64,000 nucleotides of DNA, from the NCBI GenBank assembly GCA_036172245.1, contig JAYWIR010000005.1, positions 3,968,001-4,032,000 of the forward strand, written 5' to 3'. Of the stretch, positions 39,418-60,038 are shown piece by piece. Every line of letters starts with the position of its first letter. Position 1 is the first letter of the stretch. A program made the translations under genes and the position numbers. Source of the stretch: Raillietiella orientalis (taxonomy: Eukaryota). Under the pieces are notes generated by a model, which ran no database searches, had not been told where the DNA came from, and worked only from the letters and a program-made list of their open reading frames with translations.

Positions 39418-42400
39418 GGCCGAAAAGCTACGAATTGTTCGGATCTGTGCCACACAAAGGATTCTGCATCAATCCCGTAACCACGGCATCCGGCACTGTG
39501 CCGCCGAGTGATCTAAAAAAACATGCCTCGGTGAACTTTCACAAATATATGCCGTTTCCCTGTGATTTTGAACGAGCTCCCCGACAGTCAACAGATCTTT
39601 AATTTTCGGCACGCAACTCCAGCGTAGTTTCGCACTACACGACGTCTATCTACGCCACCAGCGACTGCCACAAACTCCTAAGGACTCGACAATGAGGAAA
39701 CTGGATCACAAAAATGAGGAGCATCCCCCCACGCATTCAACGGGGGATCCGAATGCATTCGCATCACACAACAGTTGCCCGGTGGGGGCTTGCATTTTCC
39801 GGGGGGAGGATCGGCCACCGTGCTCTGGAAAGTACCGAATGACTGGGGATTCCGGATCCAATTAAATCACTTTTCACACATACATGTGCACAGGATGAGG
39901 AGCGGAGACGAAACGCACCTTTTCCTGATTTTTGCTTGTTTTTTTGGGGGGGGGTAGTCCCGCCGCTTGCAGCTGAAGATTGGGATCTCCCCAGTTACAT
40001 GCAACGGCTTAGCTTCGAGATAAATCTTTTATGAAGGGAATTCATTCCGGACTCTTTCCAGCATGGGGAGCGCTCTGCGAAGACTCAACTCGCCAAAATA
40101 TCTAACGATTCCCTCGGCCGGCGAGCCCTGTGGGCATCCAGAAACAGAAACTCCACCCGCAAGTACATGAAATAAACAGATTCACCAGATCGTTTCAATC
40201 GCAAGATTCTCATGGAAAACATCCGCGGCGATTCCTTTAGACGAATCTTGTGTTTTACGGTGGCTACCCTCGGCACCACACGATAGCAAGTCATTCTGAT
40301 CCACTTCCGTTAGAGTTCTGTGCTTTTCATCAGTCACCAAAAAAATCTCCATCATTTCGTGCTTCGACGACAGAAGGAAAGTTCTGTGAGCAAGGAAACA
40401 TGACTCGAAAAAAATTCGACTCGGAAATGTCTAGCAAAAAAAAGCAACAGAATCTGCTTCTCCTGTAAATTGTGCTGAAAAAGATTTTAAACGTGGAGAG
40501 TATGCCATTCATTTTCGTAGAGGAAAATTTGTGGAATAGTCTCACTAAGGTCACTGAATTAGAAAACTTAGATGTTGGCGGTCCAAACTTATCACCACTG
40601 ATGATTTCCATGATTCTTTTCTTGTATCTGCGTTTCGCTCCTCAGCCTTTTGGCTAAGATCAAAAGCGTTTCTGATATCGCTAGCATCAGTAAGAAAATT
40701 TCTTAAGCAGTCTGCAAGTGGTAATGTGCATAATTTTTCATATTCACGTGCACAATGTGCCGATGCATAGGATAATGGTTCAAGCATGATACCAAATTGT
40801 AAATTATGACCACTAATTTTGATGGTCTATGTAGTTGATATTCCTAATTTTGCTTCTCTGTTTTTTTTTCGTTTTTTTTTTTTTATAGAAAAGTACTACA
40901 CTTCATGTGTAAGTGGACCGTATTTTTTTATTTGTTTTTAAAAAATACTCCTCCATAGTTAGTATCGAACAATTAACTATTTTTTTTCTTCAGCAACCTT
41001 AACGCACCCTTGATACATTGGTTATTCTATAGTTATGCAAAATAATTGCTTAAAGATCTCAAAATATGCCTTACTACGTTTTGTGACATTGAAGTCACTG
41101 GATTAGAGTTTTTACAAAATGAATGACTGTCTCGAATAATATCAGTAATAAAATTTTCCTTATACTAATCGGCGTTCTTAACTATCAATGTGAAAATCTA
41201 AACATATAGGGAGGAAATATCCTTGAAGGTTTTCAAGCCCGTTGACCAAATTCCAATGAATAGCCGCGCTTCCAAATTTGCATTTTGTGAATATACAGCA
41301 GTATGTATGTGCATATACATATACACTACTAGTCGATGTGTACATTACAATCTTCAGAGAGTAGCATAAAGTTTACGGACGACGCCTTTGCCACATCTAT
41401 TGACGTTACGTTATAAATTCCAAATTAAGTTATATCCCTTTATGAACTACTGATAAAGTTACATATATTACATGATTTATTCAAATTAGCTTTAGCATTT
41501 TCTAAATGTACAGAATCGCTTTATAATTGTGGTTTATGTAGATTTCCTCAGATATTGCAAGTTTGCTCCTATTATAAAAATAGAAATGATCTCCGATCAG
41601 CGTGATTTTATATTGAGATCAATCTCCATGATTTCAGTTAAAGTTAGTTAAGATTTTCTGAATACATATAAATGTTTATTGAAGTTAAAAAATTATTTAT
41701 AAGACATAAATAATTCCTTAATTTCAAATCTAACAGAAATGCCGCTGTAGACAATTATGTTCCTTTTGAGTTGCAGCCTACCACAGGGGGTGCCAGCAAC
41801 AATACAGATTTTACACTTATTTGAAGTGACACACCTTGACAGAAATGAATCATTTTTCTTCATCTAAGTCTTCTGCTTATAAAAATAAGAGGAAAACATT
41901 AGAAAATTTGCCGTCAGGTAATTTATAGACAAAAAATAGAGCTTTGCTTTCTACGATTTTTTTACCATGTTTTATGCTTCATATGCATTTTTTTTTGACT
42001 TTTTTTTTTTTAAAAAAAGGAAGCAATTCCTCTGTTTGCTTCAGGAAAAAAATAGATTGATTATTTTCTCCATACACTTTTCAATATCGTCAGACTGATC
42101 TTTTGGGGTCTCATTTAAATTTATTTCGATTCTCTTCATGCATAGAAATTCCATCTTTTTAGTAATTTGTTTAAATTCTCTTGAGGCTTAAAGTTGAAAT
42201 GACCTTGATTTATAGAATGTTAAAGACTGGAATCCTTATATCAAATTCCTGAAGTCTAAAGATATTGCTTTGCTCGTAACAATTCGTTCATACGACTTTA
42301 AATGATATTTCCTACTCCATAAATTTAAAATATTCCATAATGCGCCTTCTTATCATCATATTTATTGGGTCCTTTTCAGTTTTATCATGAAGCTGAAATT

Positions 42401-43541
42401 TAGGATATTCCGTCTGCAAATCTATTGCAAGAATTTCTTGGCATTCTCGAGTGTCAAGCTGTTTTTAATTTTTTTCAACATGATATCTTATGGGTTTTTT
42501 TTTTTTTTTGCACAAAGCTCCTCATTGATATTCCATGAAGTCCTAAAGTATAATTCAACTTTAAAATCATTGTTATCTGTAACTCTGAATTCAATGCTTT
42601 TTTCCACTGTTCACAAGCATCACTGCCATTAGATTGCGTACCATTATATGCTGCAGAAATGATTCTGTAGAAACCAAGCCCAAGTCGGAGGCCGTGTCTC
42701 CGTGCGTGATACCATGCCCTCGATGAGAACCGGGACAAGGAGAGTCGATGTTCGGGTCCTTCTAGGAATCAAGGAATAGGAGTCCCCCCTCCGGTTGTGA
42801 AGGAGGGATTCCTCCTTAGAGAAGGACCCTCCGTGTCGCATCATGGAGTAGGTGTGTTGCCAACTCTCCAGAGAGTGCAGAGAAGCGCGCCGCTCCCTTC
42901 GGGGAAGCAGCACCCTTCCAAATTTCGGAATCATTCCTTCGAGGTTCTCTTTAGAGGAGTGAACAGGAGCGGTTTCCTTGCCGGTTCCCTCCGGAGAAGA
43001 AATTCCTAATAGGGAATCCTTTCCGGGATCCCTTCGGAGTCAATCAGGATGGACGTTCCCTTCGTGGATCCTTCCCCAGGCATGAGAAGAACGGACTCCG
43101 AGCCCTTCCTGGATTCATAGGGCAGTCCCTCCCGGAGTACCCTGTCTTGAAAGAAGATAGCGGTCTCTCTGGGTTTAAATCAAGAAATTTTCGAAGAACT
43201 AATTTCGTTTGTAAAACTGGAAACAATTTCTTGAGTTTAGGGTTGCTTCCTATAAATCTCAAATGGAACGCATCATATTTATTGTACTTCTATTTTTTCT
43301 ATTCTTTTCTACTACAAATACTGAAACAAATACAAAATTTGGAAATACAAAATTTGCATTATGGAGTTAAGAATTTGCATCAATAGATGTAATCTTGACA
43401 CTGTTCTGCGCACGTGATTTCATCATCCCGTGAACATGGTGGGTTTGCTTGGTATGTACTTTCAATAAACTAGATTTCGTTAGCAATTATGTAAGCAAAA
43501 AGAGTACTTATAAAAAAAACATCCAAGAATATCATGAAGAA

Positions 43542-50481
<6,940 letters not shown>

Positions 50482-50959
50482 AGAACAAGTTACTTCCACA
50501 AATAAAGTTGTATTTATTGACTTGTTAGTAAGCAAGAAAATCAGTGAAGCACAAAAAAGCTACCTATCCTAGGCAGGCTCGCAAAATTTGTACATGGTCA
50601 CGAAAAGAATTGACCGGTTAAGCGAGTTTGGCGTGTGGATTCGTCTTGCAAATATGTGTACGATGTGCAAAAAAAAAATTACACCCTGCTTTCGAAATAC
50701 GAAATTTTAGTAAAAAGTTGAAACAGTCTCATTTAGTTGCTCTTTTACTTCTGTTTCGATCGGAACTGCAATGTGCAATGACCGTATTAATTTTCTGTCA
50801 AAAGCCGTTTTTGAAGTGATATAAGGTGTGCCAACCAAACAAAAAATTATTTCTTTTTCTTTTTACACACTGGGTGTGTTTACATATATTTTTACCTAAT
50901 TGAAGCTCTTGAGAAAAATAATGATTTTCCTCAATTGAGCCTTCAAATGATTCGTTCTG

Positions 50960-52366
50960 GCAGAAAGTGATCTATGTAAGATGTAAACGTAATTTTAGTT
51001 TTTTCATTCTGAAAATGACCAAAACATGACTTCAAAAAGCAGAACTTCTAAGATTGAAACTTTGGAATTATATCCAACATGTATGCATATAAGTCCTCAT
51101 ATATTCCCGAACGAGACAGTTGTGTTGATTGATCCTTGTTATGGAAAGGATCCTTGTCTTGGAAGCAGTATATATACCTTCTAAAAGGAGTCGTTTTGGC
51201 ATAAAAATTTTCGTCTTACGCGAAAGTCAACCTGGATAGATTTGGAATTTCTGAGCATACATTGGCACAAATACAGGAGGTGGTCAAAATCATCCTCAAC
51301 ATAATAAGACTGCGACTCGCATGGTTCTTGAACTTTCTCATCACCTATTAAGCCAGGGACATAAATTCAATTTAAATAACTGGTACACAAGTACAGAACT
51401 CGCACAGAAACACTGTACTTGTAAGACAGACATTATGGGTACAGTGAGGCAACATACGCTTGGTATTCCTGAAGATTTGAAAACAACTTCTCTAAACAAA
51501 GGAAAGTACATTGCAAGATATAAAAACAAAATCATGTTGTTAGTGAATTGGGGAGGACAAAAGGGACGTACTGTTCCTCAGTACAATACATGGCGCCGGT
51601 ATGATGGAAACGAGGTATACGCCGGCAAGAAAAAGGTTAAAGTATTACAGGAAAATATTTCTCGATCTTTTGCACGTGTTGTGCTTGAATTTCTATTTAT
51701 TATATGGAAAAAACAATGGAAAATTAAATCGATTTAATTTTTTGCTCGAATATATGGAACAAATTATTGAGGAATCTTCAGTTCAGGAAACTGTGACAGC
51801 TGGTCCATCACCTGTAACTGCCAAGCTCACACGTGTTTTCGGAACACATTTTCCAAATTTTATGCCATCTACACCATCAAAAACGAGTGCATCGAGAAGG
51901 TGCATCGTGTGGTGTTCAAAACATGGCATTCGTAAGGAAACACGATGCCGGTGCTTCACCTGTGAGGTTCCATTTGTGTCATGTCGTGCCTTGGAACATA
52001 TGCTGCAAAGTGAATTCCTTATGAGCTTTTCTATCGTTCTTATGTATGAAGTTTTGTAGTATCTATCGGAATTTTTTCGAATCAGATTTTTTTTCCTTTT
52101 TTTTGTTTTTCCCAATGAAATTTACAATAGGTACATTTGGTGTGCGTTCAACGTATATATCAGTCTTCGCCAGTTTTAATTGCGCACCCACGGGTGCACT
52201 TTTCGAAAAAAAATTGCTCTCTTGGCAGGTTCAAATAGTCATGAAATTTCGTGTCAGCTTGAAGCCACAAATAAATGTTTTCTCATTTGTAGGTCAAATG
52301 CATGTCATCCATGAATCTCCTAAAAGCCCATCGCGGTTGTGGTGGTTCCTAGCTGTGGTAGGTTAA
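50960..52366 (+). mobile_element. Defective piggyBac (PGBD4-like) DNA transposon with right end at TTAA
   Basis: YIPERDSCVD*SLLWKGSLSWKQY/IPSKRSRFGIKIF, LNNWYTS, GTVR, DKRDVLFLSTIH, KYYRKIF and the C-terminal Cys-rich RRCIVWC...RKETRCRCFTCEV, with stops and frameshifts. The element ends ...gtagg|TTAA at 52363-52366. Confidence 0.88.
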
Positions 52367-54999
52367 GCTTGCTGTTAGATGTAATTGATCACTCTCAAAG
52401 TCAATCAAAATAAACCTTTAGATGTCGTCTTTGTAGAAATTACAAATCCTGACTGGAGGCATTCGGCAATTTTGAAAGGTTTCATAATTAAAACATATAA
52501 GAACAGAACTTTGGAATAGCTTGGTTGAAACTGCAAAGGTCCAGCTTTTTCAACAGTATGAGATGAAAATTTTGGAAGGTTTTTTCTTCTAAACCATAAG
52601 GTCAGTGGCTATTCCTGCAGTGTTACTAGAATGCAAATTGACTTGATTTCCGAATTCAAATGTCTACAATTAAATCGCGAATTTCAGGCGGGAGGTTTGG
52701 TTACATACCCTTTTTTGAGACTTGGGAGATTCACGTGTGAACAAGGTTAGATATTATAAACTACATTCGCTATTCCGAGGTATTTAATAATAATGCTCTA
52801 TTCAATCTGAATCCTTTGAAATAGCATTCGGTTTGCTAAAGTGCTACGCACCTTACTATAAACACCTGGTAGGACTCATGCGACGATTTAAAGGAAAGGG
52901 ACACCCCGGAATCGGCATTTTTCGTGGGTTCACGGAGTGTTCTTCTAAGATTAAATGCCAAACTGAAATGATCTCATTCTGAAGCGAGCTTGTTTGATCA
53001 GAATTCACGAGGAGTTGGAGATCATCACTTTTTCTTTCAAGTTTAGGGCTTATAACAAGGCTGAGTATATACAGTTTAAGTGGAAAGTCTACGAATAAAA
53101 AAAAAATTCAATATGCAGTAAATATGACAATCACTATTCTTTTTCCTGAAAAGAATAACCCTTATTCTGAGAATCATTACAATCTATCTGTGTGAGTGAG
53201 TTGGGATGTATGCATGTATTCTTCGGACGAATAGTAAAGAGAAAAAATTTTTCCATTTCACTTTAGATTGCAGTTATTTTTATTTGATTCTGATTATAAA
53301 AGGAGTCGCAATTTCTAGATAAAATTCCATGCTTCATCCTGGATTGCTGAAGGTTCAAACATAGAAAGTGCTGCTATCTTGTTTCGGCGGATGTACATGT
53401 AGGGAGAGAACTATGTATATAATTAATGTTTGATGTGTGCACAGACTTACTGTTAACATCCGACAGAACTTTGGTGGTTTTATTCTTCATTTCCTTCGTA
53501 ATATACGCTCCTTTGGCATTTGGTGTGTGTTTCTTAACTTTGCATACAATCACCCCCACCACCAAAGATTAATCCACCGATAAGTTTTGCTCGTTGTTCG
53601 GTGTCAAGTTTAGGCAGTTTTTTTCTGTTAATAACAGCGTTCTGGAGAACTTGGTTTATGAAAGTCATCTTGTTCTGAAAGATCTGTTTAGTAGCAAACG
53701 AAGCTCTTGCTCTAATTACAGTACCTTTTCTCATTCATTAATTTCAGGTTTTCCCCCAAATCTGAGAACGTTTGTTCCCTAATTACCTGTATATAAACAA
53801 AATATTATTGTTAATGCAAGGAGATAGGTGTCATTTTTTTTATAGATGCTTCATCACTTGCAGTATGTAGATAGCACTGTCTGGAAGATTATTTTTCAAG
53901 TTTGCCAGCTTCACAGATTAAATTGTGCTCACTCGTTCACCAATCTATAATTTCAATATTAAATCTTTAAGGTTAAGACATAACTGTTAATTTCGTTTTT
54001 CTCTAAAAAGCACGTAAATGATCACAAAGCATCATTTTGAAAGCTCTGTCATATCTGAATATTTGTTTCATTAAACGTCTGTGCGCTATCGAGTCAACTT
54101 CAGCTAGCATATAGCTAGCATGTAGTCCATATTTTTCTCATTTCTTTATTCTCCTATATAGAAACTCGTTTTTAAAAAGGCATTTCCTGGATTTGAATTA
54201 AGTACTTAAGTAATCAAATATTAAGAAACTCTCCTTTTTTGACAAACTTCAAAATCTCTTCCTCAATGAGAAAAGGGTCATCAAACCACTTTAGAAATCA
54301 TATTTTAGAACTCACCATGAATACGAGTTCCCCTTCCATTTTTCTTCAATTTTTAAATACTTTCTCGAACTCTGAAATCAGCAACATTGACAAATTTGAT
54401 TTGCTTTTTGATTTTCAAAATAGAAAGATGGATCTCATGTATGGCTTTTCTTTTCATGTTGGTAAGACTGCGTTCCCAGATTGAATGCATTTTGCTGCAT
54501 TACATAGTTTGTCCACTTTCGCAACGGTCATAAATAAGAAAAATAAAGCAACTCAATCACACCAATGTAGGATATTCATATTGAAGAATGTCAGTTTACT
54601 TTCCAGAAGCTTATCTTTATTTGTGAAGCTCCATGGCGCATACAGAATTGCAATGGTCGTTTATGTTCCATAACTTTTCATTCTAAAGGTCTCAGTTAGC
54701 GCGATGAATTGTTTCAGTGAAAGAGTCGCATTATTCAAATTCTCAATATCCGAACATATAATTATATGAAACATATGCAATCGGTGCCAGCTGAAAAGAA
54801 ATAGACAACTGAAAATTTGAAAGATAAGTTTAATATGTGTGTTTAAAAGATGTTACAATAAAAGAATAAACTGATCTACTTAAAATCTAAATTTGTTGTT
54901 AGCAAAGTTACAGAGTAGTTGCAGAGAGCAAAATAAGAACAGAAAACATTCCGGATGTGACCCCCGAAGGCAACCTCACGCAGACGAAAATCCCCACCT

Positions 55000-56708
55000 C
55001 TTTCTGGAAGTATTTGAATAGCCTGAGTTGTTTTATTTTTTTTTCTCTTCAAACCTCCGTGCATATGTTTGCAGACGCCATGTCGATGTCTTGACGAATT
55101 TGAATGCTTCGATCGAGGGTAGGATCCTCATCCATAATTTCATGTCCTTCAGACATTCTATAACCTGAAAGACATCCTCAAACTCCCTGCGGATGAACTG
55201 CTCCACTTGCACACTATCGCATTCTTTGGCAATGTTATCTGCTTCTTCAAACTCTCTTTGTTTATCTAAAAGCAGATTATATCCTTAGTCAGTTCTTCCG
55301 AATGGTGAATCGATCAGCTCCTCAACATTTTCATTCTCTAATTCATGGAATCCAAGCACTCTTTCGATCTTTACTGTTTCTTCTATAATAGCTTTTCCTT
55401 CGAAATCACTATTACCTGTGCGGTGGGACAAAACGCACTTCCACGGTCCCCTCATGTTGTTCGTGGTTAAGGTTGCGATTAATGTTGCATCCCTGATATA
55501 TAATGATTCCAGAGTCCAGTTGTAGAAGAGGCGTTATCTTCGACATTGTTTGTTCCAATGCTTTTCTTATGTACTAGGTCTTAAGTGGCCTCTGGATGCA
55601 TGGACCGCAGCGTGGATTTGTTTGGAGGCAAGAAAGTAATTTTTACATCTTCAGACAATAAACCGATTGTATCAGGATGTCCTGGTGAATTTTCCTCAAA
55701 TCATTTGTGTTTGAAAGCAGTACTACTGTTGCATTATCTTTCAACAGCTTGTCAAAAATACATCAGTGAACAGTAGTTGAGTAATCCGTGCTTTCTTATT
55801 TGACCACCGAATAACCGAAAGTGGTCTATTGTTATATCTTGCAAGAGCGCGAGGATTCTATAAACAAGCAGTGATTTATTTCCATTTAAAATATCTGGGA
55901 ACACTGGTTTGCCAAGTGTTAGACGCTCTTGAAGCACTTTAAAACCTGGCTGTTTTCCTTCGTTCAGAAGTTCAGAAAGGCATTCCTTCCCCAAATACAT
56001 TCAACATTAAATATTGATTGACCTCTATATCCACCATCTTCGATTGTTCTTTTTGAACATCGATAATTTTTGACGTTTACATTCGGAGGCTATCGTTCAA
56101 ACTAGCGGGCACCTGCATCCACTGTTCCTTCTGCTTCATTATTTTTTTCTTTCACCCTCTTGAACGAATTTAAGCTTCTTGTCTAGATGGTTTGGTTTGT
56201 TGACTGCGGTCTGCATTGCAGTTTTCAGTCCATAAAGGACGCTTCGCTTCCATCATGTAACACTCCCATTCTTTGTAGATGTTTGCAATCCACAAAAACA
56301 TGATGCAACTTTCATTTTTTTCTCTGCGTGTTTTACAATAATTCTGTACCGTACATTCGGACACGGCTGCATCTCGTCCAATTTCTAGTTTGCGATGGCC
56401 TCGTCCGTGTCCGCATGGAATTTTTTGCTCTACGTAGAAACGTACCTCTCCTTTCCTGCACTCCAGTGTTCTTGCCTGAAGGGATGACCTTCATGTACAT
56501 TTTCTTGGGGCAGTTTTTAAAACAAAAACAGATCATCGAAAGTTCAGACCAGAGTGGCAGCGCCTAAAACTAACGGGGAACCGACGATTTCAGCTACGGA
56601 CGAGCTGGCCCACCTTCAATTTGGTTCTCATCAAGCACTATCTGGACTTCCAAAGTCCTAAGGGACTTTGCAGTATTCGAATTCGCGCTAAACGGGGGAT
56701 TTCCTGTA
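55000..56708 (-). mobile_element. Decayed Tigger/pogo (CENP-B HTH + DDE_1) transposon
   Basis: Minus strand: EIGRDAAVSECTVQNYCK (HTH), MEAKRPLWTENC, KQPGFKVLQERLTL (aPGfK..KdRlTl), ITFLPPNKSTLRSM (FLPPNtTs.lQPmD) and GFHELENENVEELI. A candidate terminus TA|caggaaatcccccg lies at 56706-56708. Multiple frameshifts. Confidence 0.8.
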
Positions 56709-56769
56709 TTTCATCTTAGTGACACAAATATGTTCTCAATCACACGTAACCATATATCGGCTAACAGAC

Positions 56770-56858
56770 GTGCGCGCGTGCACACACACGCACACACACA
56801 CCCATTTTGTGTAATATTTATGCAGGAAACAATGTCAGCTACTGTCTCTCTCTCTCTC
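56770..56858. repeat. Short (CA)n and (CT)n microsatellites
   Basis: gtgcacacacacgcacacacacac and tctctctctctctc are visible directly. Confidence 0.8.
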
Positions 56859-58623
56859 ATCCTATTCACATTCTGCATGCAAAAACGTGGGTTGCAGCTT
56901 GCAGCATGATGATGGGTTGGTTTCGCACGGACCCGTGGCGAGCGGGGAACTTCTGGAGGGACAATCACGTGACCGTTCGAGGCTCCACCGGTCTAAGGGT
57001 GCATCTCCGACCCAAAGCACGTGGATAGTCATGAATGACTTCATGAATGACTTTTCCACGCACCCTTTGAAACAGTCATTATAGGCAAAATAATCATTGA
57101 TACTACTGAAAGCATTGTCTTGAACCAAACTAAAAATTATTAAGGCAATGCTGAGTTGATGTCAACTATTTTTGATTCGTGCACTTATAGATTAAGAATT
57201 TTCGCTGCCCATTTTGCGGGGCAATTCGTGTGACTTTGTGTGTTCACTGGTTCTTGGTGTATTTACTGGACATCTGCTGATTGTTCGAAGCATCATATTT
57301 CAGTGTTTACAAATTAAAGGAACTCGTCATATTTGGAGCAAGTATGGGTGTTTCTAAGAATTTTCCAGAAAGATGTAATGGATGGATGGTAAGTGATGGA
57401 TGATAATTTTCGAACTTATGCTCGATGGACATGCATGGAAACCCAGGATTGCATATTTTTAATTTTTGAGTATACTTTAGACTTTGCTTTCTTAGCAGTT
57501 CATTATTACTAAGAACGCAAAATCCAAATTGATTCTCTGATCTCTGCATGAACCAAATACAACTAATAAGGAAATGTTTTTTATCCATTGCAGGAGGTTA
57601 GGGTACTGCTGTGGAAGGCATAAAAGGCCAGCGACCAAAAATTTTAATCCATAAACGAATGGTAGCTGTTGATGTGTTGACACGCTTTTGCATAGGATTC
57701 CTGTTGCAATTGTCCCATGGGATGATGAATGCTGTGAACAGTCATCAGATCGATATATTTTAAATAGCCACAGCCATTTTCTACAGAAAATTAATCATTG
57801 GACCGGCCTAAGTTTCAGCAGCAGCACTGGCCCCTTATGTGTAAACCCCAATGAAATCCAGCTTTTATTTTCCCAATACGAAAGTATTTAAAATATCTAA
57901 CATTTAACGAAGGTCATGTGCATTTATAAATATGATGTGTACCGACTTTGAGGTTCTTTTTATTTGTTTGCTCCTTTGGTCTTTTTTCATCTATGTCGTC
58001 CAATGTTTCCGGACCATAACCCATCTAATTAATGGCGTTCTTTGTGTTGATAAATGAAAGTGATATATTCGGTTGTCTGTCGGTTGCTGACATTATGTTT
58101 AGCAATTGCGTACTCTCGGATTCAAGATGTACACTCACTTGAACGCAAATTTCGCACCAAAGTGTGCAGCTAAGCCACAGTTTCCTGTCTTTCGCATCTT
58201 CGAGCGGCAAAAACATTTTCTACAACCCTCCTTTAGAACCAATTTTATGATGCTAACAAAAACGAATGATTAGCGAGAAAGTAAACGAATCCAACTTTCG
58301 AAAACGCATCGAGAATTCAAAACCAGCAACCAGCCAAATAAACGATGAAGGGAGAGTGGTAAATCAGGGACATCTGAGGAAGTGTAAAAATCGAAATCAG
58401 TACTGGAGAAAACTTGATTATGAAATGCTCCATTTCAAAAATCATCACAGTTTTCCGAATATCATTTATGGTTACTAGGATTTACCAGGGTAGTTTGTCT
58501 TTATGAATGTTTAGAGATTTCACTTGGACACCCATTTCTTCATTGATTTTCTGATTCCTTCTGTGTCTATAGCTATGCAGCATTAATGGTCAATAGACTA
58601 AATATCACATTATTTGTGTAGTT

Positions 58624-60038
58624 TTTTTTGCAATCAGTTCTATTGCATACATACAATACATAACACTGCATTGCATTTGCAGTATTTCACATGAATCAGT
58701 TGTAAATAACAGAAACCTTGTAAAATTTGCATGTTCGAAGGTGAACCTCATCGAAATCTAATGTCTGTAACTTGATTAAAAGCTTTTTTCTGAACCTTCC
58801 CTGTCCATTTTGCATAGCCATGACCTAAAGGTGCACACTGATGCTTTTCTTTGAAAGGGAACCTAAGCAAAAAGTGTCCATGCCATGATTTCGTTAAGAT
58901 TTTTCAAAACAATTCGCCCAACATGATGGGTAGGCTTAAAGAAGAATATGCTTAATGGGAAACAGGATGAAAACACATTATCCATTTGAGACTGGAAAAC
59001 AGCGCATTTTTTTTTTTACTGTAGAGCAAGGTATGTTAATAACGTAGTAAAGAAGCATCCAATGAAGTTTCGGTGATTTTGAAATACATCTTTTGATACT
59101 GACATAGTTGATACATCAATTGATTAGTCTGACCCATTTGAAATAGTGGAGATTTGAACAGAGATAAGAGGTAAACAGACATGTGTGGCTCCTGATACAC
59201 CCCTTTTTTTTTTGTTCAGAGTCCGTAAATAGAAATACGTGCCGGACTTTCTATTTGCTTGAAAATGTTTCGAAACTGAAATCGTTTAATTCATGGGAAA
59301 TATCACATGAGGATCTTTACTCTATGATGCAGATTAAATTTGAAAAGTTCTCTCTTTCAAGAACACCACTTTGTAATCTCTCCCAAGCAATTAACTACTG
59401 AAATACTATTCACGATGCCATGTGAAGTTCAAGTTTCCAGGTTTGCACGTTTCCAATTTTGGTGCACGTGCAGCCGAATCGTGGTTGTTTCAAACAAAAT
59501 GTTCTACAAAACTGACTTCTATGAAACGGTTAGAATACCTGATAAAATTGTCAGGCTGTCTTGATAATCGTTGCCGTAAAGCTTGATATGACTTTCACTG
59601 TCAATTCACATAAATCACGAAAAAGGAAAGCAGAATACGAGGCTCGTCATTCTTCAGGGTTTTTAGAATTTTCAGCAGGTCAAGGATCGAGGCTCGGCAA
59701 ACCTCGTGAACTTGGACGACATCGCCTTCGCGAGAACTTGCGTGATGGTGAGGATTTGGTGGTCAGGTTTTGGTGCGAAGCCTCGGGATTGAATATGCTA
59801 TGCACAGTATTTGTAGTATAGGTACATGGAGATCGAATGCTTGAACAGACTGACTTTCCGAGTTAAAGCAAAAACGGCAAGGTTTTTTTTTGTAATCAGT
59901 TCTATACCTAACGATGCATACAAACAATTCTTACCTCTGTAGAGTATTTGACACGAATCAGTTGCAGGTAATGGAAACTTTGAGATATTTGTATGTTCGA
60001 AGGTAAATCACATCGAATCGCGTACCTGTAACTTCATT
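58624..60038. repeat. Diverged ~150-bp direct repeat, copies at ~58624-58777 and ~59885-60038
   Basis: Shared colinear blocks aatcagttctat, gtattt.aca.gaatcagttg, atttg.atgttcgaaggt.aa, catcgaa and ctgtaactt.att. Confidence 0.75.

Noticed and set aside
40085..40787. Cluster of 60-90 aa ORFs upstream of the BTB-ZF gene
   Set aside because: No motif and no consistent exon structure; probably promoter or intergenic DNA.
50560..50625. Possible left terminal repeat of the piggyBac element
   Set aside because: Only weak resemblance to the reverse complement of the right end, and no TTAA-CC junction. The left end is considered lost.
53374..53782. Short ORFs with a hydrophobic Gly-rich segment (LIGGLIFGGG / VVGVIVCK)
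   Set aside because: Frameshifted, short and with no identifiable family; insufficient support for a gene or viral fragment.
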